Shown: positions 54,261 through 64,000 of the stretch, one piece after another
Layout of the letters: every line of letters starts with the position of its first letter
How positions within the stretch are numbered: position 1 is the first letter of the stretch
Source of the DNA: Eledone cirrhosa
Taxonomy: Eukaryota
Reading direction: 5' to 3'
DNA length: 64,000 bases
Assembly: GCA_964016885.1 (NCBI GenBank)
Contig: OZ024740.1
Span: forward strand, 371,814,001-371,878,000
Notes under the pieces: generated by a model
Told to the model about the DNA's origin: nothing
The model's database searches: none
Seen by the model: the letters and a program-made list of their open reading frames with translations, nothing else
Translations under genes and position numbers: made by a program

Positions 54261-57200
54261 ATGGCTGTGCTAAGAGTAGGGTGTCTAAATGCGCGTGGCC
54301 TGGGCTCGTCTTGGAAGCAAGCAATGCTTCTAAATGACCTCAGGTCACAATCTATAAATGTGATAGTTATCTGCGAGGCCCGGATCAGCAGCATGCGACA
54401 GCTAGCCCCCACCTTTGACGACTTTGAGATGCACGCATCTCTCTGTCAGCCCGGAGGTGGGGGTGGGGTTGTCGTTCTGCTGCAAAAACATATGGGCCTT
54501 GCAACACAGATAGTTCACTTGGACCCAGGGGATCGACTGGTGGTGCTGGACCTTGGCAGTGGTGAAGGTAGAGCCTTTAGGCTGGTAGCCGCATATGCCC
54601 CTTTTGGGACTGAGCGGTCCGACTTTTTCCAGCGTCTGGAGTCTTTTCTAGGGACGTCCCGTTCCCTGCTTTTAGTGGGGGATTAGAATGGTATCCTGGA
54701 TGCACGTTGGGACTATGCAGGGGCATGTCCCAATAGAGAGGGGTGCAACAGCCTCAAGGGGTTACTTGGCCGATTTGACCTGGCCGATAGATTTCGACTA
54801 GATTTTCCGACGGTGCCAACCTGGTCTTGGTCAAATCGCAGCGGATCATCTAGGTCGTACCTAGATAGATTTTTAGTTAGAAATAAGGACAGGGACTTTT
54901 TAAGTTGTCCAGAAATGCTCATGGTTGGCTATTCAGACCACAAATTGGTGACCTGCATGGTCAACCTTGATAGAACGCATAGACAGGGCCCCGGTTACTG
55001 GAAGCTCAACTTGTCCTTGCCGGCAAGTAGAGCCTACAGGGATCGGATTAGTACGTTAGTTAAGGAACGGTTGACTGGAGCGATCGTCAACAGCAGGTGG
55101 TGGGTATCTCTAAAGAGAGAGATTAGAGTAGTCTCGATAGAATTTAGTAAGGTTCTAGCTGCGGATAGGAATAGGAAGGAAAAGGAGCTAATAGATAGAG
55201 TAGAAGAGGCTATTAGAAGCGGCGACGTGGCCAGAGTGCTAGCGTCGAGAACGGCTTTGAGCCAGTTTTTCGACGCGAAGCACGAAGGCTGCGTTGTCCG
55301 AAGTAAAATACGTGCTCTAGGGAACGAGGGGACCAAAGCTGTTAGCTGGGCGCGCGTGATAGAGGCCAACAGTGGAACTAAATCCACCATCCGGTCTTTG
55401 CGAGACCTGGATGGACGGGCGATTCTTGAGCCTAGGCAGATGTGTGAGGCCTTTCAAAGGCACTTTGCCCGACTGTTCGGGAGGGGCGGGGAGCCGGTTG
55501 GGAACGTGGACTTCGGTCCATACCTCGACGGCCTGCCGCGCCTCTCGGACAGGGAGGCGAAGTCCTGCGAGGAGCCGATTTCGGCCGCTGAGATAGAGGG
55601 CGTGCTGAGCCAATGCGGCAAACGCAAATCCCCGGGTCTCGATGGTCTTCTTTACGAATTATATCTAGCTATGCCGGACTTGTTCCCCGATCTCCTCGAG
55701 GCGGTCTACTGCAACTGGCAACAGAACGGGAGAATTCCCTGTACTGTGACCAAGGGCGTAGTCACGCTAGTGAGGAAGGACGAGAACAAGGGGGAGGAAA
55801 TAAGTAACTTCAGGCCCATAACTCTGCTAAATACAGAGTTACAGATTTTGGCCAAGGTGCTAGCAAAGAGGTTGGCGCTTGTCGTGGGCAACCTGGTGGG
55901 AGATGCGCAGACATGCGCTATCCCGTCCAGGTCCATCCATGACAACCTCCACCTCATGCGATACATCATAGAGAAGGTTGGGAACGAACCCGGCTTTGGT
56001 GGGGCTCTGATCAACTTGGATCAATCTAAGGCGTTCGATAGGGTCGACCATGGTTACCTGGATGCGGTGCTAGCGGCGGCAGGCTTCGGACCCGTTTTCA
56101 GGGGCTGGATCACTGCTATGCACAGCAGCCGCATCTGCTCTAGGGTGAAGGTGAACGGCTACCTCTCGGAGCCGTTCAAAATCGCGCGGTCCATCCGACA
56201 AGGGTGCCCTCTCTCCTCCCTTCTGTATGTGTTGACTCTCGAGCCACTACTGCGGAAGTTGGAGTTATTGCAGGGCATCCCTTTGGAACCGGGATTGCGG
56301 AAAGCGGTGTCGGCCTACGCCGATGACGTGACAGTAATGGTGTCGACGGCCTCCGAAATCGAGGCGGTCGGCACCTTACTGGAGGAGTACGAAAGGTTCA
56401 CAGGGGCTAAGCTGAACCGGGACAAGTCGATCGGTTTGCAACTCGGCACGTGGAGGGGCAGACCGATGCCCTCCGATGGCGTCGTCGGACGCTGGACGGA
56501 GGGCCCGGTGAAGTTGCTCGGGGTCTGGTTCGGACCGGACCTCCAGGTGGAGAAAAACTGGGCGGAGGTTACGAACAGGGTGTTTGCACTGACCCAGAAG
56601 TGGGCCAGTTGCAAACTATCCCTGAAAGGTCGGGCGGAGGTGGCGAACACCTACATAGCGTCCGTCATCTACTACCGCCTGACCGTAGTGCCCTGCCCAA
56701 GGGAAACCCTCACCAAGATGGAGCGCGCACTCTTCCAATTCCTTTGGAAGAGGCGGGCTCCTATGGTGAGGAGATCCATCTGCTGTCAACACCCTTCGAA
56801 AGGAGGGCTGGGGATGCCGTGGCTAATGATGCGTAAACACGCATTAAGGCTACGGCACCTCTACGTATTCCTCACCGGTCAACCGGTGTGGGCCTCGTTT
56901 GTGAGGCGAACCTTTCCCAGACTCGTCTCACTCACCGAGCTGCAATCCTGGGTCAAGCAAAGACCGAGAAAACTGGGCGCCTGGCACACTGAGTGTGCCC
57001 AGGCGCTCACCGCCCTCTGGCAGGCGGATCCGGTTATCAGTGGAGACTCCACCGCAACATTCTATAGAGGGCTGGTACGCAGCAGGTGCGACGACGCCCT
57101 CGGAGAAGCCCTAGACATGGAGGAGGACGAACTGGCCAGCCTGTTCGGTAGGACATTAAGCCCGGGACCTATGGACAACTTCCAGAAGTCCCTGGCCTGG

Positions 57201-57698
57201 CAGTGCTACCGAGGGGCTTTACCCGTTCGAGAAAGGCTCTACAGACACGGGCGCCCGGGTAGGGACCCCGCCAAAAAGATCTGTCCCAGATGCGTGTGCG
57301 ACGAGGAAATTGTTGCACACGCATTGGTACACTGCTCGGGCGTAGCCGATCTGTGGGGCTATGTCGAACAACTGCTGTCAAGGGTGGGACCGATCCGGTT
57401 GACCACCGAGTCTATTGTAATGATCAAGCCGCCTCCCCCCTTCAAAGATGAAGCAGAGGCGGTGTTTCTGTGCGTAATAGCCATGGCGAAAGAGGTTGTA
57501 TGGTGGACGCGTCTGAAAGGACTGAGGTCAGGCACCTTTCTCTCTGGCCAACAACTGGTCCGTTTCTTCCGATATCATTTCGGAAGAAGGATCAGGATGG
57601 AGAGAGAGGTGCTCCACCCCAGTCGTTTTTATGAAAGGTGGGTGAAAGTGGCGAGAATGGCCCGTGTGAATGGGCCTTCTCTTTACATAAGCCTGTAG
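54261..57698 (+). pseudogene. Tx1 ORF2 of copy E, nearly intact (single in-frame TAG at 54684-54686 replacing W of GDWN)
   Basis: 54261-54686 and 54813-57698 are in the same frame; all endonuclease, RT and CCHC motifs present. Confidence 0.94.
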
Positions 57699-58019
57699 GT
57701 GGAAAAGAGGAAGGAACGAGGGAGCACCCCCTCTCTGTGCTCCTGAGGAAAAGGGTTGCACACTTTTTTCGGGGGGGGGGGGGGCGACCCCCCAAGGCGC
57801 CTCCTCTCTATTGAGGATTTTGTTATAAATTTTATTTTTTGTTATATTTTATTTTATTTTTATATTTTGTTATTGCCTCCTCCTTATTGAGGACGCCTTT
57901 TTGTGTAAACTCCCCCCTTTGTACTTGTCCCACTTTTGATGCCCTGGTGGCAAATAAAAGAAACATATCTATCTATCTATCTATCTATCTATCAATATAA
58001 TCTATTTACCTATCTATTT

Positions 58020-59340
58020 GGTTTTCGAATGTTCCTAATTTGTGGTTAGGAAAGAAGCGTGTTCGATCATAATCAAGTGTCAGATGTGTATTCGGGTTTC
58101 TCGATTCCTTCTTATGTATATGACTTTACAAAATATATTTTACAGAAACAATTAATGAGAACATTTGTCCGTTAAAGGTGTCTGATGTAGTGAGGCTTTA
58201 GTTGGAGCTGTTGATACTGTTAGTATCTTTTCCATTGTTCAAAATGCCTTGTTGTCTATGGTGAATACATAGAATTATTCTTTTCATGTTTTTATTGTTT
58301 TAGGATTATTTGGCTCTTTTTTTTAGCTCCTAGATAATGATTGATGTTGGCCCATGCAATATATTTCCAAGAAACATATTTAAGTATTAATCTTATTATT
58401 GTAAGTGTTCACTATGTCTACTAAACGTATTAGCGAGGTTTGGGAGGTTAGCTGAGTTGTCATTGTCTTTGCGGAAATCGTTTAATTTGACTTTTCGGTA
58501 ATTTATGAGAATATTCTTCCTTGCATCTTTCTGCGTCATAAATCAGCGAGAGTATTGATGATATAATTGGTGGGTTGTATGAGAGGAATTATGAGAGTGA
58601 CTGCTAAGTGTTTGATTTGTAGATAAAAGAATCTACTCTCATATGTGAAGTTATTGCAGTTTAATTGGTAATAAACAGTGTATGTCAGTAGGAATATATT
58701 AATAAGTGTGTAGAGCATTCATCTTTCTAGATTGTGTGCATGAAAAAGTGTGCTAGGGACATCGCCCACTCATCCCCATGTGCCCACTACCCAGGTTATT
58801 ATTTACAATCAATGTGTGCCTTTTCTGACTGTTATCCATGAGGACTGTAGTATTTTTAAATATAATGTGAATCACTATTCCTATGCGCAGCCGCTTCTTT
58901 ATGTTATGTCTGTTGATGTGTTTAACTCTGGTTCCGCGATGATTATGCAAATTTAAAACAAAAGGGATTCTAGCTTTGACCACACTGTCTTTTATACAGA
59001 CATAGGTTTCTCGGGATCACATTATCTAAACAAATTATTTTATTCTCGGGTCGTCAAGTGTGATTTGAAGAAAATGTGGCTGCTATTTTTAGCAAGGTGA
59101 ATGGTCATGTGAAGGTCTCCATATTGGTTCGTTAAAGGCTTCTTCGTTGTCTCATTAAATGAGCGTGAATTTAAATGACGCTGCGTTGATGGTATTTTGT
59201 TAACAAGATGATGTTCTGTGTGCATTTGGGAGTAAGCCAGGGAGAAGTAGTTAAGAAGTGTAACATTTCTAAAATAAGATATTTCGTGTGTTGTCAAAGG
59301 AAGTGAGTTGCAACACACCAGAAAGGATACTTTCTCCAAG
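58020..59340 (-). mobile_element. Possible heavily decayed LINE remnant (APE endonuclease region)
   Basis: Strand-skewed composition and fragmentary motifs (LVKARIPF, HLAVTLII, NYRKVKLNDFRKD); no intact diagnostic motif. Confidence 0.3.
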
Positions 59341-60414
59341 TTGATATTGTTGTAGTTGTTTAGCCACTGGTCTGCACTGATTAAGCAAATTTATGATCAG
59401 CTGTAAGCGTTCCATTATTTTACAGATTCTGTCTATAAGATTATATTATCCAATTGTGTTCTCCCTTCTTTAAAGATAGTAATGTTTGGTTTGAGGGATA
59501 TTTATTTGCTATTTCCTGTATATATAACGATTGCATAGATGTTTATAGTTTAATGACGGCGAATTAACAGAAGGATTAGAGCACCGGATGAAATACTTTG
59601 CGTTATATACTCTAGATTCTTGCCTACGAATTTCAAATACCACAGAGATCAACTTTGCTTTTCATCTTTCGGTAGCTTATATGTAAAGGGGTATTTGTTC
59701 CAGTTCTGTGTGTACTGTGTTCAATTCCTGCTCTGACTTACTAGAGTATCAGACATAACCCGCCACTCGCGTTAACACCAATATTTAGATTTTGGTTGTT
59801 TTTAGCGGAGGTCACTCTATTACAAACATTCAGGTCAGGTCTTATCTTTGAAGATATCACTACATCTCACCAACATCTAATGCCCTGAAAATGGCCATGG
59901 GCACTGAATTTTCGTTTTGAATAACACCAGAAAAGAAACATTTTATTGATAAATATTTTTACTATTAATTTTTGATTAATAGTAAACAGGTTTTCATGAA
60001 TGTATTGCAATTCTGGTTGTTCTTCGCCGTGACAGGATTTTGTATTTGCAGAGATTTTTGTACACTAGTTTATACTGAATCGATTAAATATCATTTAATT
60101 ATCAATATTTTGCAATCGCAAAGTCTCTCAGTAAAACTTGCAAGAAATCTATAAAAGTTTCTGAATAAACCTTCAATATATTAGTTCTAGAAGACAAAAA
60201 TGTAAAGAAAAACAATAACCAAAGTCACAGAAAATATATTTCATATGAAATGGCCTTTTACATTTTTGCTAACGTTTTAACTTCATGACAACATTACAAA
60301 ATCATAATTCACGTTATTTCTTTCCAGTTTGCTTGATCAAATTTCTTTGAATTACAAAACACACATTTAATGCTAAAAATGTACTTCTACTATTATGATG
60401 GCAAGAATCGTAGA

Positions 60415-60950
60415 TCCTCTGTCGGTTTCGACGATGAACATTCAGTTACTTGAACAGCTGAGTGTCCGACCCAAGAATGTATAAATGATTAAGTATTCCA
60501 ATGACATGTATTTTGTTAACATAATTGTCAGCCACATTCAGCCTGACGTAAAATGTGCCATGGTTACATCTTTGAACGGTCCTTTTGGCAGTTTTGCCAT
60601 TTAAGTTGCATTCAAAAGACTATGATAAAGACATTTCACCAAGATGCCACGTAATTACCTTATAATTGCGAAACACGTCTTATACACTCAGCTATGCTTG
60701 CGCCCATTATTACTATTATAGAGGGGTAATGGAGTGGTAATAATGGTGTTATTGCGAATAAATTACCTTGCAGTAACTATCCACATTTATTAACATTTAC
60801 GTTATGATCTAAGTTCAAATCCCGCTGGAGATGACTTTGCTTTTCAGTCATCCAAGGTCGATAAACTATTTTCTAGTAATGCATTGGAGCCGGTTATATC
60901 ATCTATACTTCTTCCATAGGAATGCGCACTGCTGTGTCAAAGATAAGAAT
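60415..60950. mobile_element. Two decayed SINEs (about 60415-60705 minus, 60720-60950 plus)
   Basis: CTAAGTTCAAATCCCGCTGGAGATGACTTTGCTTTTCAG..GGTCGATAAA matches family 1; the upstream segment ends CAGCTATGCTTGCGCC like an inverted SINE head. Confidence 0.5.
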
Positions 60951-61203
60951 CAATATCTATTCATTACTAATAAAAGAGCTACATAATGACGAAGTCTTGA
61001 ACATTTCCCTACCACCAGATGGCTTATTGGACTTACTATACGTGTCACTTTAAATAGGTTTCTTAAATCAATATATGAAGTTAATCTCCATGTGGTAGTA
61101 TAAAACTCTACCACTATAAGTTAAGATTAATAAGACAGCTTTTTTTGAAAATAATATTACTTATAATCTTCTCGTTTACCAACACCAATAACAACAACAA
61201 CAC

Positions 61204-61248
<45 letters not shown>

Positions 61249-61716
61249 CTGAAACCAGATGAACAGCAAGAGTACTATAAACAACACAAACAATACATCC
61301 TACACAACTCAATTTCTTTCTATCATATGATAGGTCAATCTTTGAAGTTCATCTGATCAAAGGATTAGATTTTAAATAATTTATCGCGGAACATGATCAG
61401 TGAAACGTAAACTGTTGGTGTGTTTTAAAGTTAAATAAATATATCTAATTTTTTCCCTTCTTTTTTCTTCTATTAAATACCAGAGAAAACTTTAATAGTA
61501 TAAGTAATCTAACATTAACAAAGGTCTTCTCGTGACAACTTAACAGTTTAAAGTTTTAAATCGGTTTCGAACGAAATATTATAGCGTGCACATACAAATA
61601 GACTAAGTACATACAGAGACCCCACCCACCACACAAACAAGCACGTACACATATAAATACAAACATATATATATACATACAGACACACACACTCACTCAC
61701 ACATATATATACATAT

Positions 61717-61748
<32 letters not shown>

Positions 61749-61851
61749 TTATATATATACATATAAATACACAATATATGTGTACATATATATATGTTTG
61801 TGTTTATATGTGTGTGCTTGTCCATGTGTGTGTTCGTGTGTGTGTGTGTGT

Positions 61852-61890
<39 letters not shown>

Positions 61891-61957
61891 TGCGTGCGTG
61901 CGTGTGTGTACTTAGTTTATTTGTATGTGCACGCTATATTATTTTGTTAGAAACCGA

Positions 61958-62002
<45 letters not shown>

Positions 62003-63107
62003 CTTTTCATTACATACACGACTGTATACTTATCGCTATTTTTTAAAGGTATTTTCAATATGATTATTGATAAGAAGCTTCTTAATTTTAGAGTTTTTGC
62101 AATATATTACTGTTGATTTATAGACAGTGCAGTGCATGTTATATTCCGTTTTGCGAAGGGTTTGATAATGTGTTCATATATTCTTCAGTTAGGATATATT
62201 TGTTTAATGTAATATATTTTATGAGTTGTGTGTGCATTTTTAACTGGCTTGGTGTCCGACCCTCTACCGATACTGTTATAATGTGTTTATACTTGTATAG
62301 ACTGCTTGTTAAAATACCAAGAATTGATTAAACTTTATTCATTTTTACCGAATTCTTCATGAAGGGCTTCGTTTGTGAAGGGGAATCTAAATACTCTTCA
62401 AAGGACAAATTTTACTACTGACATTTTCTAACCGTGCGGACCTTTACAGTCGTTGTGTATGCACACATGTGTGGCTTTTCTGTAAACGAATCTTACGCAT
62501 TGATTGTTTTCTGTCTGAATACTTATGTCTAAAAATATATTATTAAGTGATATTTTCCATTTTAATACAGAATTGGTTTCTTGGCCTTCCCGACGTTTTC
62601 CAATATGTCCATTGCAACGAGAATATTGATAAAATACTTGGTGTATACTGCATGTTTATGTCTTGCTACCATTTTATTTTCTAATGTTATAAAATATTGC
62701 AAACATAGACCCTTGACTATTCCATCTTATGCTCATATTATTTCCTTTGCGGATAGAAAAAGGGCATTTTTTTGTACAATACACTAATAAGGATTAGAAT
62801 ATGTTAGCTAATATAAGAGGTAGATTTATACATAGAAAGTTTTATATGTCATATAATGTATCTTTTCTGCTAATGGAACTTTGGTGAACAGGCTTTTTAT
62901 ATCTTAGTCGGAGATGCTGCCTAGTTCTTTCGATTGTATTCATATGAGCTTGGACTGTATTTCATCGGTGTGTAGTTTGCTAAAACAACACACCCATAAA
63001 TTGATTTAAAAACCTGTGTTAGTGTATTTATCTAAGATATTGGTCGGAATGGTTTGTTTTGTTTCTGTATTTTTAATATTCCGTAAACATTTGCTGCGTG
63101 AATACTA

Positions 63108-63476
63108 TAATTGTTTCTATTTTTAGCACAAGGGCAGTAATTATCTCAGTGCGTTACTGGTACTTTATTTTATCAACCCCGTAAGGATGAAAGGCAAAGT
63201 TAACCTCGGCGGGTTTTGAACTCAGACCATAAAGGGGTGTAACTCTATGATGCAAAGCATGGCGTCCGACCCTCTACCGATACTGTCAATTCACTACCCT
63301 ATAATTGTTTCTACATTTGGTACAAGGTCAGCAATTATCCCAATGTATTACTGGTACTTTATTTTATCGACCCCGTAAGGATGAAAGGCAAAGTTAACCT
63401 CGGCGGGATTTGAACTCAGACCGTAAAGGGACGTAACTATGCTGGAAAGCATGGCGTCCGACTCTCTACCACCCTA
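63108..63476 (-). mobile_element. Two tandem SINE family 1 copies (63108-63300 and 63301-63476)
   Basis: Same motifs as 3935-4346. Confidence 0.9.
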
Positions 63477-64000
63477 TAATGCAGAGAAATAAGGCATCTT
63501 AATTTTGAATTTATAACTGTAGTTATTTTATTCAGTTTGAATCTAAAGTTGAATTATATTTCTGAATTCGTATGAATTTGTTTTGAGTTGAGCACATTGT
63601 TCATATTTGCAATAGATTCTTTATTTTCTATTAGGAATGTATTAGTTGCTACTTTTACATATTTCGATTTTGTCCTCTTTAATATAGAACGTCTTTGGTG
63701 ACTATTCGTTTATTTTTGTGTTGACATCTATTTTCAATACATACATCTTGTAATGCGCATTGAAGATTATCCTCTCTGCCTATAACGTTTTTATCTCTAA
63801 AACTTTATATCTTACTTCAGAGTAATTTCATAAAAACGTTTTTCTGCTTCAGTCATACTGCGGTTTTAAGCAGAAATTGTTATCGAGGTTGAGGAGCGTT
63901 GTTTTACTTTTGTTGATTGTTTGTTGGGAGATTTATGTTCCTGTCTAAGTATAGAGACTGTTTTCAATGTCGAGTTTACTTACTTTATATTGCTACGTCT

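Larger units (their letters stand above)
53581..57993 (+). mobile_element. Tx1-type LINE copy E, 5'-truncated within ORF1, with (ATCT)n tail
   Basis: Begins directly after the tail of D; ends GCCCTGGTGGCAAATAAAAGAAACAT(ATCT)n. Confidence 0.93.

Overview
AT-rich, microsatellite-dense metazoan DNA with no convincing host gene. The SINE families and repeat landscape suggest an octopus or other coleoid cephalopod (inference from recognition, not a database search). The window is dominated by retroelements. (1) An intact 1181-aa RTE-clade LINE at 14.0-17.9 kb. (2) Two head-to-tail arrays of Tx1-type (L1 group) LINEs, all on the + strand: 25.9-40.9 kb joined by (TTA)n linkers and 46.3-58.0 kb joined by (ATCT)n linkers, eight copies from at least four divergent families. 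(3) An R4/Dong-like restriction-like-endonuclease fragment embedded in (TACA)n, a decayed mariner and a Penelope GIY-YIG fragment. (4) At least seven different type-I hammerhead ribozyme motifs, several inside small non-coding elements built as a 5' fold-back plus direct repeats. (5) Many tRNA-derived SINEs. The most striking unexplained pattern is in the Tx1 elements. All four copies that retain the ORF1/ORF2 junction have a perfect splice donor (AG|GTAAGT) on the ORF1 stop codon, and ORF2 ends at a pyrimidine tract plus AG|GT acceptor-like site. The whole endonuclease/RT gene therefore appears to be framed as a ~3.4-kb retained intron. This is a sequence-based hypothesis that needs RNA evidence. 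Coordinates were read by eye, so element ends may be off by a few bases.
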